Under the pieces are notes generated by a model. That model was given only the letters and a program-made list of their open reading frames with translations. It was not told where the DNA came from and ran no database searches. Positions 34,478 through 44,388 of a DNA stretch of 64,000 nucleotides are shown in pieces; position 1 is the first letter of the stretch, and the number at the start of each line of letters is the position of its first letter. A program made the translations under genes and the position numbers. The DNA is from a virus, in IMG/VR virus record IMGVR_UViG_3300009428_000004, positions 10,467 to 74,466 of that record, one strand, 5' to 3'.

Positions 34478-36466
34478 TTAGCCTTCGCAAGCTCTACACT
34501 CTTCGCCTTCTTCTATGGCGAGTGGTTTGTTTAAAAAGTCCATCAACTCGTTATAGCCGCCTACATATTCACCTGCGATATATACTTGCGGCACACTTTT
34601 GACATCTTTACGTCCAGTTACTTCTGCGGCTGTTTTGCCGATCTCTTTAAGGTCAATCTTATCGAATGGAATACCTCGTAACTTTAACTCTTCCATAGCC
34701 ATGGAACAAAACGGACAATCTTTTTTGGAGTATACGATGCTACGCATATCTCCAGCTAGTGCAACTCTTTCGACTTTCTCACTAACGTTCTCTGCACGTT
34801 GCTTTGCCTCTGTACGCAGATAATACAGCCCTTTGAGTCCTTCTTTCCATGCACGTAGATGTACTTGACTTACGTATGATTTAGGTGCTCCTGCAGGGAA
34901 GAATAGATTAACTGATTGTCCTTGACAGATATACTTCTGTCTGTCTGCGGCATGTTGTACCACCCAGTTCTGATCTAATTCATCAGCAGTTTTAAATATA
35001 GCCTTTTCGCCTTCTGTTAAGAATGGCAGGTGTTGGACTGAACCCTTTTTAGTAATAATAGAAGTCCAATTAGTGTCATTGTTTTCTCCTTTAAATGTTA
35101 ACAATGCTGATAGATACTTGTTCTTTACCAAGAAAGAGCCAGCACGTGTTCTATGAGTGTATGCATTAGCTTTCAAAGGCTCGATGGAGGGAGACGTGGC
35201 TAGGATCACACCAGATGATGCGTTAGGCGCAATTGCAAGCAAGTGTGAGTTACGTCTGCCCGAACCAATCCCATCTGGGTACTCACCACGCTCTACAGCT
35301 AGTCTCTCAGTCTCGGCCACAGCTTGCCTCTTAATCTGACTGAAAACGACATCATTGATCTCTTTAGCCTTCTCAGACTCCCAAGCAACACCGTGCTTTT
35401 GCAGTAAACTATGGAATCCCATAGCTCCAAGTCCTAGAGAGCGTTCACGACCAGCACTAAACTTGGCACGTGAAATAGTATCAGGAGCATTCTCAATGAA
35501 GTACTCGATAACGTTATCTAACATACAGATAAGATCAGCAACAATACTCGTATCTTTCCACTCATCATAGTATTCTAGATTCAAGGATGATAAGCAACAC
35601 ACAGCGGTGCGATCTTCGCTAGTTGGTAAATGAATTTCATTACAGAGATTAGATCCATTGATCTTGAGACCCAAATCTTTCAGAGGTTGAGGCAGATCAC
35701 GATTAGCAGTGTCGATGAAATTCATGTAAGGCTCACCAGTTCTAAAGCGTGTCTCTATAATACGCTCCCACAGTTTACGAGCATCTACACTATCTTTAAC
35801 ACTTCCATCTTTTGGATCACGGAGGTCAAAAGATTTCCCTTCTGCCGCGGCATTCATAAACTCATCAGTAATGTTTACAGCGTTGTGCAAGTTCAGAGCT
35901 TTACGTTGTACGTCACCTGTAGGTATACGCATGTTAAGAAATTCGATGATGTCTGGGTGAGAGATGTCCATGTATGCCGCATAAGAGCCCTTACGAGTTT
36001 TACCTTGACGATATGCAATCATGTCAGCATCTACTGTGTGGAGAAAAGGCATAGGACCAGGTGCTACATCAGATACAGTACGCACATCAGACCAGTGACC
36101 ACCAACTCCACCACCGTAAACAGATAGCCAACGTAACTCAGAAGTGTGACCAATAAGACCCTCAAGAGTGTCTGGAACATATGTCAAGAAACATGAGATG
36201 GGCATTCCTTTACCTTGTTTAGCACCATTAGGAGCATTAGACAATACTGGTGATGCGAACATGAACCACTTGTTAGAGACATAGTTATACAATCGTTGTG
36301 CCATGTCTTCATTCATATCTTCTCGGTATTTCGACCATGCAGTTGATGCACGTTTGAAAGCCTCTTGTGGCGATTTCTCATACTCTGTTAAGTAAAAGTC
36401 TTTTAGCATTCCTACAGCGTAGGACTCTAGTAGACTATCTTTTGTTTTATCTATCTTTATTGTCAT
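34478..36466 (-). CDS. nrdA: Ribonucleotide reductase alpha subunit with fused C-terminal glutaredoxin domain
   Basis: PISCF, GGGVG, SNLCNEI, APNASSG, ICQGQS, LYYLR; then YSKKDCPFC...SVPQVYI...VGGY and terminal CRACEG. Confidence 0.95.
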   Translation of the reverse strand: MTIKIDKTKDSLLESYAVGMLKDFYLTEYEKSPQEAFKRASTAWSKYREDMNEDMAQRLYNYVSNKWFMFASPVLSNAPNGAKQGKGMPISCFLTYVPDTLEGLIGHTSELRWLSVYGGGVGGHWSDVRTVSDVAPGPMPFLHTVDADMIAYRQGKTRKGSYAAYMDISHPDIIEFLNMRIPTGDVQRKALNLHNAVNITDEFMNAAAEGKSFDLRDPKDGSVKDSVDARKLWERIIETRFRTGEPYMNFIDTANRDLPQPLKDLGLKINGSNLCNEIHLPTSEDRTAVCCLSSLNLEYYDEWKDTSIVADLICMLDNVIEYFIENAPDTISRAKFSAGRERSLGLGAMGFHSLLQKHGVAWESEKAKEINDVVFSQIKRQAVAETERLAVERGEYPDGIGSGRRNSHLLAIAPNASSGVILATSPSIEPLKANAYTHRTRAGSFLVKNKYLSALLTFKGENNDTNWTSIITKKGSVQHLPFLTEGEKAIFKTADELDQNWVVQHAADRQKYICQGQSVNLFFPAGAPKSYVSQVHLRAWKEGLKGLYYLRTEAKQRAENVSEKVERVALAGDMRSIVYSKKDCPFCSMAMEELKLRGIPFDKIDLKEIGKTAAEVTGRKDVKSVPQVYIAGEYVGGYNELMDFLNKPLAIEEGEECRACEG

Positions 36467-36487
36467 CTCATTTCCATTTATTTGTTA

Positions 36488-37375
36488 TTAGACTGCCATC
36501 ATTGCTTTGATAGCACTCATTGGTTTATATCCCTCTAACTGGAAGTCAGAGACGTCCAAATCTAGTACTTCATCTAGTGAAGTAAACTTTGGCATACGTA
36601 GTGAAGGTAGGTTTTGCGGAATGCGCTTTAGTTGTTCGCTCACTGCTTCATAGTGTGTATTGTATATATGTACATCGCCAACCGTATGGACGAAATCACC
36701 GACTTGTAGACCAGTTATTTTCGCTATAATGTGTGTCAATAAAGCATAGCTTGCGATGTTAAAGGGTACACCTAAAAACATATCTGCGCTTCTCTGATAC
36801 ATTTGACAACTCAGTTTTCCATTGTTGACGTAGAACTGCGACATAGTGTGACAAGGAGGTAAAGCCATCTGGTCGATCTGATTAGGATTCCATGCACTTA
36901 GAATTAATCTACGACTGTCCGGATTTGTTTTTATCTCATTGATGAGCCACGTGATCTGGTCTGTCCCTTGAAGATGCGGCGCACTATTGTACATTGAGCC
37001 GTTGAAATTTCTCCATTGAAAGCCGTAAACTGGACCAAGCCCTTTGTGCATGTAGTCATTGTGATAGCCTAAAGCTACACCTTGATTATCAGCATTAGCT
37101 GTCCATATAGTACTACGGTCATATAACTCTTTCCTATCTTCTCCGAACGTAATCTCTGCTAGTCTACGCTCATCGGTACTGCCTTCTAAGAACCACAGTA
37201 GTTCACCTACTACAGACTTCCAAGCCAACTTCTTAGTTGTAACAGCTGGAAACCCTCGTCTCAGGTCATACCTCATCTGATAACCAAAAATACTTTTAGT
37301 ACCAGTTCCCGTTCGGTCCATACGCTCATCACCGTTGTCCATAATGTCTTGCATAGCTTCTAAGTATTGCTTCAC
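36488..37375 (-). CDS. thyA: Thymidylate synthase
   Basis: RTGTGT, ELLWFLEG, LGPVYGFQWR, ALPPCH, YQRSADMFLGVPFNIASY, HIYNTH. Confidence 0.97.
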   Translation of the reverse strand: MKQYLEAMQDIMDNGDERMDRTGTGTKSIFGYQMRYDLRRGFPAVTTKKLAWKSVVGELLWFLEGSTDERRLAEITFGEDRKELYDRSTIWTANADNQGVALGYHNDYMHKGLGPVYGFQWRNFNGSMYNSAPHLQGTDQITWLINEIKTNPDSRRLILSAWNPNQIDQMALPPCHTMSQFYVNNGKLSCQMYQRSADMFLGVPFNIASYALLTHIIAKITGLQVGDFVHTVGDVHIYNTHYEAVSEQLKRIPQNLPSLRMPKFTSLDEVLDLDVSDFQLEGYKPMSAIKAMMAV

Positions 37376-37866
37376 TATATTGACCTTCTATACTTTTCGA
37401 TTCGTAAATTTTTATCGACATCATACTCTTTATGAAACAATTCATAGTCGCACATATCGCTGAGATGTGTATCACAGTCGTAAACTCCGTTAATACGGCT
37501 TATCCATAACTCTTCGCACACATGCATTAGTGCCTTAAATGTAGTCGAACCACCTATTACCCAAACGTCTTGTTGAAATAGCGTCATCGTATGAGTCAGA
37601 CTATCAACTTCTTGAAAGATCATATTAGGTCCAGACAACATTTTAGGTCCAGTACTAAGGTCTTTAGTTGTTAATACTATGTTGTAGCGATCAGGAAGAG
37701 GAGCTGGCATAAGTGGATCATTCCAAGTTCTCCTTCCCATCACTACTACACAATTTTTGGTACTTCTCTTAAACCATTTTAAATCTTCACTGTTGTGCGG
37801 CCATGGTAGAGTGCCATTTTTTCCAATGCCATTCTCACGATCACACGCAAATATACCTCTAATCAA
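37375..37866 (-). CDS. folA: Dihydrofolate reductase
   Basis: IGKNGTLPW, DLKWFK, VVMGRRTW, LPDRYNIVL, VIGG. Confidence 0.93.
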   Translation of the reverse strand: MIRGIFACDRENGIGKNGTLPWPHNSEDLKWFKRSTKNCVVVMGRRTWNDPLMPAPLPDRYNIVLTTKDLSTGPKMLSGPNMIFQEVDSLTHTMTLFQQDVWVIGGSTTFKALMHVCEELWISRINGVYDCDTHLSDMCDYELFHKEYDVDKNLRIEKYRRSI

Positions 37867-37887
37867 CTCACTTCTCCATGTTAAGTT

Positions 37888-38313
37888 TTATATCTTGTAG
37901 AACTTACCTATAAGCATCTTGATGGCTACAGTACTTGGAATGAACATCCATTTTGAAAACACATAGCCCTTTGATTCCATCTTTTCTTTAGTGACGAATT
38001 TCTTCTGAATATTATCAGCGAATTCTCCATCGTATCGTAATACAGCGTGTCCACGATCTGGAGTTTCTACGTAACAATAACAGATTTTAGCTTTGCGTGA
38101 AATGAGGTTCCACCAAAACTTCACATAACTATGATCAGATATGTGCCATAAAAGAGTTAAAGCGAAGTCTTCGCAGTCACCCTCTAGTTTACCCTTAGCA
38201 GTCTCTTCTCGCATGATGTACCATGCATCTCTTTTACTGTACTGCTCACTATCATACCTGTATTTAAACTTCTTGCCAAGTGATTTGGCTAGGTCTTCTT
38301 TACTCATAAACAT
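37888..38313 (-). CDS. Transglutaminase-like cysteine protease (BTLCP/LapG-like)
   Basis: GDCEDFAL, GHAVL, ADN: C-H-D triad. Confidence 0.7.
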   Translation of the reverse strand: MFMSKEDLAKSLGKKFKYRYDSEQYSKRDAWYIMREETAKGKLEGDCEDFALTLLWHISDHSYVKFWWNLISRKAKICYCYVETPDRGHAVLRYDGEFADNIQKKFVTKEKMESKGYVFSKWMFIPSTVAIKMLIGKFYKI

Positions 38314-38373
38314 CTCTCCAATATTTAGTTATAATAACATAGTATTGAGAGGGTGTCAATACGCAATGCTATC

Positions 38374-39435
38374 TTAAGTTACTTTTTTCCATTCAGCCAC
38401 CTCTAATTTTCCAGAGAGTCCCTGATAGGTGTTCATATCTATAATCATCTCTATATCTATAGGATTGGTACCATTAAGAACCATATCATTGATATCTTTG
38501 ACTATCTCCTTCTTAGGGAAGATGCAGACTTTGAAGCCTTTGTCTAGACATCTTTCCATACGCTGGACTATCTCTTTATTTCTTGGTTCGTTATCAAACA
38601 CGAAAACAGCATTCTCTGTGTTCTCTAAACCTCTAGCATTACCATCAGCACCTGCCATAGCGACAGCGTTACTCAAGAAGAGACTGTCGATAGGACCTTC
38701 TGTAACATAGTACTTCTTGTTAAAGTCAACCTTGTCTAGATTAAACATCTTAGGCATAGTATCGTCTAGCATTATAGTTATATATCTTAGTTCGTCATCA
38801 CCAAAAGCTCTAGCATTAAATCCGAACAAATTGCCGCCCTTGTCTATGAATGGCATGATCAGTCTAGGACGATCTCTCTCTATTGTAGGGAGCTTCCCAG
38901 GTACGATAGAGTTTACCCACTCATTAAACTTTGGCGCATAGTATAATTTATATTGTACCGATGCCGGGATCAGTCGTTTTTGCAAATAAATCTTAGCTTT
39001 ATGATCATAATTTAGCTGAGAAATCTTTTTAATTTTTAGTAGAGGTGAGCCTTTCTTACGAAAGTTTGGTGCTTTCATTCTTAGCTTGTCTAACGGCTTT
39101 ATTGGTTCTTGATGTCTATTCTGAAAGATTTCACGTCTCTGACCTTTCTCTAAAGCAGAGTCGATCACATATTCATTGAATAGATTGTTGTCGATGAATC
39201 TAAGAAAACTACGCATATTGTGTGATGCGTTACAATTATGGCAATAGATGATTGCGGTGTTTTCTTTCTCAAGAATCCATCCACGTGCCTTAGTTTTGTT
39301 CTTTTGAGAGTCACCACAGATAGGACATCTGAAGTTAGCCCTGTAAGGATTATGTGCCTTGACAGTAAATCTCTCTAATCTTACAGAGAGGATACCAGCA
39401 TATTTTAGATCAGTAATATTCAATATAAACTCCAC
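38374..39435 (-). CDS. 61: DNA primase (gp61)
   Basis: NFRCPICGDS...YCHNC, RLIMPF, VTEGPIDSLF, FVFDNEPRN, KDINDM. Confidence 0.96.
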   Translation of the reverse strand: MEFILNITDLKYAGILSVRLERFTVKAHNPYRANFRCPICGDSQKNKTKARGWILEKENTAIIYCHNCNASHNMRSFLRFIDNNLFNEYVIDSALEKGQRREIFQNRHQEPIKPLDKLRMKAPNFRKKGSPLLKIKKISQLNYDHKAKIYLQKRLIPASVQYKLYYAPKFNEWVNSIVPGKLPTIERDRPRLIMPFIDKGGNLFGFNARAFGDDELRYITIMLDDTMPKMFNLDKVDFNKKYYVTEGPIDSLFLSNAVAMAGADGNARGLENTENAVFVFDNEPRNKEIVQRMERCLDKGFKVCIFPKKEIVKDINDMVLNGTNPIDIEMIIDMNTYQGLSGKLEVAEWKKVT

Positions 39436-39493
39436 GTATACAATTCAACCAATAAGTCTATTATACACTATTGGTACGTGGTGTCAAGACATA

Positions 39494-39949
39494 TTATCGA
39501 AGGATATGTAAGAATCCTTCTAATTCAGCTAATAGGAATCCTACAACAGTAGCACCGCCTAGCATGACCCATTTCCATCGCTCTAGTTGAGTAATACGGT
39601 CATTCATTTTTGTGATGTATTGCTCACTTCTTTCATCGTGTTCTTTGAGGAATGTCATGAGGCTTTCATGATTCTTTTCGGCTTGAAGCCTGTGTTCAGC
39701 TTCTTTCTCAGATATACGCTTATGTAACAATTCGTTTGCCGTCTCCCTAAGTCTATTGGACTCTATATTATCCGTAGAAGCTTTATCAAGTTGTGTATCG
39801 TGTACAGCGAGTATTCGGGATATGCCATTACTAGCATCCGCTATCTTATCTATAGCCATGTCTAATCTGCCTAATAAACCCTGTATATTAGACACATCAT
39901 TTTTGAGTATTTCAACATCCGTACGGACGCTATTCAAATCTGTTTCCAC
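39494..39949 (-). CDS. Coiled-coil protein with C-terminal TM
   Basis: RITQLERWKWVMLGGATVVGFLL. Confidence 0.6.
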   Translation of the reverse strand: METDLNSVRTDVEILKNDVSNIQGLLGRLDMAIDKIADASNGISRILAVHDTQLDKASTDNIESNRLRETANELLHKRISEKEAEHRLQAEKNHESLMTFLKEHDERSEQYITKMNDRITQLERWKWVMLGGATVVGFLLAELEGFLHILR

Positions 39950-39957
39950 TGATTTAC

Positions 39958-40521
39958 CTATTTTGTTTGATTAGGAGTGCTATCGATCTCTATCGTAGCA
40001 TCTCTAAAGCGTTTCAGCGGTTGTTTCTTCTTCTTCTTTTGCTGTGACTTACTAACGCCTGGCTCACCATCTGATCCTACACCAATACCTGCAATGTTAC
40101 CGCTACCTGCACTATTAGCAGGAGCGTCTTCGTCAAAGGCACTTTCGAAGATTTTATCGATATCAATAGTAGATTCAACTAGATTCATATATTGCTCTAG
40201 TTTTTCTGTAAGTTGCTCTTCCGTGAGCGTGTTGCAGTCCGATTCAATTTGATTGTTTTCTTTAATCAAATATAGGGCAGCGGCATAAGATCCAATTCGA
40301 CTCTTACCGCCAGGTACTTTCTCTAACAAACGCTTGAGCTTTGCGATCATAATATCAAAAATTTGAAATGAATCTTTTTGCTCACGTGTTGTAAAGTTTT
40401 TTCTTTTTATAAGTTGTTTGCCAGTTTCGTCAATGATTCCTAATTTGAATGCCGACCATTCATTGAAGGGTGTTGCCAACCTTCGTATAAACTGGTAGAC
40501 TAAAAATAGATCAACAATCAT
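39958..40521 (-). CDS. Probable prohead core protein (gp68-like)
   Basis: YQFIRRLATPFNEWSAFKLGIIDETG...LKRLLEKVPGG. Confidence 0.65.
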   Translation of the reverse strand: MIVDLFLVYQFIRRLATPFNEWSAFKLGIIDETGKQLIKRKNFTTREQKDSFQIFDIMIAKLKRLLEKVPGGKSRIGSYAAALYLIKENNQIESDCNTLTEEQLTEKLEQYMNLVESTIDIDKIFESAFDEDAPANSAGSGNIAGIGVGSDGEPGVSKSQQKKKKKQPLKRFRDATIEIDSTPNQTK

Positions 40522-40892
40522 AGCTCTCTCAACTCTTTAATAATTCTTGCGTCCAGAGGTATTTCTGAACTTATAATTTTCTCTTCGCTATACTCTACTA
40601 GTTCAGGCATAAAAGCTAAAAATACCACAAAAGGTTTTAAATACTTGTGATAGTCTCTAAGCTTAAAGAACAGCATAGTCGTAGCGGCTGAACCAAAACA
40701 GTTATACAAAACTGTCAAATGATTAAGAATCAATCTGACCTTTAAATCATCATCATCTTCATATCTCTTAAACAATCTCTTTAAATGCTGAAAGCGTTTA
40801 AGATCGTCATAAAATTCATCTGCCGATGCTGCCATTCTAATATCATAGTACTTTGCGGCATACAGCAAAAAGCTGTCTTCGTCTAGCTTCAT
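40518..40892 (-). CDS. Conserved T4-like late protein
   Basis: FLLYAAKYYD...EFYDDLKRF..LKRLF.RY...RLILNHL. Confidence 0.75.
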   Translation of the reverse strand: MKLDEDSFLLYAAKYYDIRMAASADEFYDDLKRFQHLKRLFKRYEDDDDLKVRLILNHLTVLYNCFGSAATTMLFFKLRDYHKYLKPFVVFLAFMPELVEYSEEKIISSEIPLDARIIKELREL

Positions 40893-40948
40893 AGTTTATT
40901 CACCTTTAGTTAAATTATACTGAAGAGCGATGTTCTGCTCTTCAGTAT

Positions 40949-40956
40949 TATTTATA
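40949..40956 (-). promoter_or_regulatory. Late promoter followed by a 12-bp leader hairpin
   Basis: TATAAATA then ATACTGAAGAGC-AGAACATC-GCTCTTCAGTAT. Confidence 0.75.
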
Positions 40957-40974
40957 ACTTCATTTATAATCAGT

Positions 40975-42126
40975 TTAAGACTGAGTAGCCACTACTTCGC
41001 TTGAAGTCAAGTCTTTCGCCGCTGTAGCACTTACAACACAACGATACTTCTTACCAGCTAAGTTATTAGTGGTTCCAGTAATAGTCATTGTTGCAGTTGT
41101 TACGTTGGTGTAGATACCAGATGCAGAGATGTTAGATCCATCTTCTTGCCACTGATATGCTAGACCTGTATTTCCAGGTAGTGCTGTAGCAACTACAGCT
41201 AGAACGATGTTAGCATCGCCAGCTAAGTTAACTGTTGCTGAAGCTTGCGTAGGCTGAGTAGTGATTGCTACTTCTCTATCGAACAACAAGACATCATCAG
41301 TTCCGTCAACACCAACATCACCAGCAGTTCCTGCGGCAACTTTCATTGGTACGATATTTTCAATAACGTTTCGTGTTACACTGTCTGCGGCTGTAAAAGT
41401 TTGAGTTCCTACGCCTACAACTGTAAGTGCTTTAAGACCAGTTGCTCCACCAGCAATTGCTTGAGCGGCTGTAGTGTATAACTTAATCATGCCAGCGCCT
41501 ACGTTATGTACGTAAACTACAGCACCGTCTGTTAGACCCGTTACGATTGTTTGACCGCCTCTAGAGTAAGTTACTGCGCTACCGTTAATCAATACAGGTT
41601 GATTATCAACTCTGACGATATTGTTAGCCAGATCGACTCCCACAGCAGTAGCATTAAAAGACAATACTGTTGCTGGTACTGCTTTAGTAGAGTACTCGTT
41701 CCAACCTGGAGTTTTAAATCCTTTAACACGGTTAGTCGATAAGCTTGCTTCAGTAGTATCGATGAAGTATGTGTCATCAGGTACTCTAACAAAGTTATGA
41801 CCTGCACCAACTCCAACACCAGTAAGTCCTTTAAGACCTGTTGATGCGTGACCAGTGATAGCCTGTGCTTTAGTGCCATATAGCTTGATAGTGTCTGCGT
41901 CAACTCGATTAACAAATACGGTAGTCGCATCGGTCAAACCAGTGATAACAGTACCACCTGCATCATTGTACTGTACACCGTCGCCGGTGACATAGCTATG
42001 ACCTGGTAGTTTAATTGTATTTGATGCTAGAACGACCACTGCGGCGTTGGTTGCGTCAAATGTTGTTGTTTTTGTATTAACTTTTGGCGTTGCTGCCAAA
42101 GTGTCTACTGTTCCCCATAATGCCAT
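40975..42126 (-). CDS. Virion structural protein with two internal repeats and a C-terminal Ig-like domain (Hoc-like decoration)
   Basis: Two ~90-aa repeats (TGLTD...IKLY.T.AQAI.G...GLK.LT.VGVG); Ig-like AITTQP...LAYQWQ...YRCVV. Confidence 0.65.
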   Translation of the reverse strand: MALWGTVDTLAATPKVNTKTTTFDATNAAVVVLASNTIKLPGHSYVTGDGVQYNDAGGTVITGLTDATTVFVNRVDADTIKLYGTKAQAITGHASTGLKGLTGVGVGAGHNFVRVPDDTYFIDTTEASLSTNRVKGFKTPGWNEYSTKAVPATVLSFNATAVGVDLANNIVRVDNQPVLINGSAVTYSRGGQTIVTGLTDGAVVYVHNVGAGMIKLYTTAAQAIAGGATGLKALTVVGVGTQTFTAADSVTRNVIENIVPMKVAAGTAGDVGVDGTDDVLLFDREVAITTQPTQASATVNLAGDANIVLAVVATALPGNTGLAYQWQEDGSNISASGIYTNVTTATMTITGTTNNLAGKKYRCVVSATAAKDLTSSEVVATQS

Positions 42127-42300
42127 TTCATTTCTCCTTGTTTAAATGGTTCGTTTCTTCATTTTGAATTTCTTCTGACTGATGCCCAGTAGCGTGGTAT
42201 ACGCTATCTATAAACATCTGTGCTTCATACATTGTTGCGTGGTTTGGCCAATTCTCGACTACATCCGCACAAAATCTTTTTATCCACTCTTTCATACTAT

Positions 42301-43479
42301 TTATTGAACGTAGCAGTTCAACTCGTACTTCGAACCCATGTTATATACTTGGATTTGTAAGAACTTTCTTGTTGGCTTGCCGCCCTTCTCTAGTTTGATA
42401 GAATATCTGTTTGTCTTATCTTTACTAGGTTTTTTAGGACCAGTAGCGACTTTATTAGACCAATCGTCCTCATCAACGTCATATCCCTGCTTCTTAGCAA
42501 CTGCAATAGCTTCTTGCACTGCGGCAGAAAATGTGTTATGAAGTACTTTATAGGCTGAAGCTTCTACAGTATACGTTAAATCTTTGCCCTCGTCAAGCTC
42601 TAATTCAACTTCTTCCTTAACAATCTTGAAGTGAGTAGCTGGTACAGCCTTTAAAGCAGGATCTTTCCAATGCTTCATAGCTTTGTTGATTGCTTCGAAT
42701 GCACTACGTGCCTTGACAGTTACGTTCTGACCCTTCTTTAGCTTATTAACAGGCTTAACTACACTAATTGTCCAGTTACCCATAGCTTCTACAAGATCAA
42801 AAGCTTCGTCTAGTAATACTTCTTCCTTGAGTTGAGCTTTAAGTTTATCAAGCTTCTTCTGCATAGCAAGCTTCTTCATCTTAACTGAAGAGGTATTACC
42901 GAAGAACGTCTTCATGTGCTTCTCAGTTTGATCTATCTGCTTTTGAATCTTAACTTTATCTACAGAGGCATTCATTGATCCATAGGATTCGTCAAGGTCT
43001 TCGTTTACTCTTTTGAGTACCGCTTTCACTTGAGGATGATTAGACAGACCCTTTTTGATCTTGTCAATAGCTTGAGTTGCGCCAGTCATATCGCCACCTT
43101 TGTAGCGTTTGTCTGTAGCAACACCAATTGCCATTTTTATTTCTTTAGGTGAAAAGCCTTCGTCCATCTGAGTTTCCTCTTTGAAAGTTTTGAGTGTCGT
43201 AATCATATCTTTGTATGATTTGCCCATAGCATCTTGCATCTTCATTTTAGAATCTGGCTTACGTACCTTAGCAAACTTGTCTAAAGCGATCTTCATGATA
43301 TTCATAGGCACCTTCTGAGACTTACCGTCACCAAATTTGATAGCTAGATTACCACGAACATCCATAGACTTTCTCAACTGCATGACGATATTCATCTTAG
43401 CAGAGGCTTTATCTTTGTCTGTTGCAACTAGATCGAAATCAGCTGGATCAAATTTAGCTTCGTCTATTACATCAGTCAC
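42301..43479 (-). CDS. Modular late/internal head protein
   Basis: Lys-rich modules separated by xxE clusters (IDE, MDE, LDE, LVE). Confidence 0.55.
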   Translation of the reverse strand: MTDVIDEAKFDPADFDLVATDKDKASAKMNIVMQLRKSMDVRGNLAIKFGDGKSQKVPMNIMKIALDKFAKVRKPDSKMKMQDAMGKSYKDMITTLKTFKEETQMDEGFSPKEIKMAIGVATDKRYKGGDMTGATQAIDKIKKGLSNHPQVKAVLKRVNEDLDESYGSMNASVDKVKIQKQIDQTEKHMKTFFGNTSSVKMKKLAMQKKLDKLKAQLKEEVLLDEAFDLVEAMGNWTISVVKPVNKLKKGQNVTVKARSAFEAINKAMKHWKDPALKAVPATHFKIVKEEVELELDEGKDLTYTVEASAYKVLHNTFSAAVQEAIAVAKKQGYDVDEDDWSNKVATGPKKPSKDKTNRYSIKLEKGGKPTRKFLQIQVYNMGSKYELNCYVQ

Positions 43480-43481
43480 GT

Positions 43482-44339
43482 CTAGTCCTCCAAAGCTTTA
43501 GCGATTGCTTTTCTGCGTCTATGTAGATACTTGTCTGACTCATCTTCATCGCCATCGTTGTCGAGGTCTTTATCTTTACGATCTGTAAACTTCTTCTTGA
43601 CAGCTTTCTGATCTACATCATCCAAACCTTCTTTAACTTCTTCATGACTGGCGCACTTGCCTTCGTACACTTCGCTTATCGACTTTTGAACGTCTGCGAT
43701 TGTTTTACACTTTGCATCACATCCAAGACTTCTCTTTGCGTATGCAATAATCTTTGCATCTGGACCAGACATCTCTACGTCATCACCGCCAAAGCTTGAA
43801 GAGCCAAGCTTCTTCATCTTGATACCAGCTGGTGCTTTACCAGTGAAAGATTTTACAGTGATAGTACCTTCTGACAATTCCTCGTCTTCGTCTTCGTCTT
43901 CGACTTTTTTGCCATCTTTCTTAGCATTTTTCTTATCGATTGCTTTCTGAAGAGCAGGTGGTAAAGTACCCTCTTCTACTTCAGCACTGTCGGGTTCACA
44001 GTCTTCTTTTACTGCTTTGTCTTCACTATAGCTCGCTTTTAATGCAGTAGGCTTATCTGAAACGTCTTTGTCTAACTTGCGCTTCGCTTTTGTTTTAATT
44101 TCACCGATTTCAGGAGTAACATCTCCTGCTTTAGGCACTGCTACGTCTCCATCAGCTTGGTCTGCTTTGCGCTTACCAGCAGATTCGGATAGTTCTGCGT
44201 CTGCTTCTACAGCAGGTGCAAGGTCTACAGCAGGTTCTTCTACAACAGGCGATTTAAAACCTTGCTGAGAAAGGGCAGCATCGAATGCATCTGCCATGCC
44301 TGCGGGTAATGGGTTAATATCTTTGGCTTTCTTAAACAT
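43482..44339 (-). CDS. Acidic prohead core/scaffold-like protein
   Basis: Highly charged; C-terminal KDKDLDNDGDEDESDKYLHRRRKAI. Confidence 0.55.
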   Translation of the reverse strand: MFKKAKDINPLPAGMADAFDAALSQQGFKSPVVEEPAVDLAPAVEADAELSESAGKRKADQADGDVAVPKAGDVTPEIGEIKTKAKRKLDKDVSDKPTALKASYSEDKAVKEDCEPDSAEVEEGTLPPALQKAIDKKNAKKDGKKVEDEDEDEELSEGTITVKSFTGKAPAGIKMKKLGSSSFGGDDVEMSGPDAKIIAYAKRSLGCDAKCKTIADVQKSISEVYEGKCASHEEVKEGLDDVDQKAVKKKFTDRKDKDLDNDGDEDESDKYLHRRRKAIAKALED

Positions 44340-44388
44340 TATAATGTTCTCCTAATTTTTGAATTTATATTAATACTATTTATCTTTA

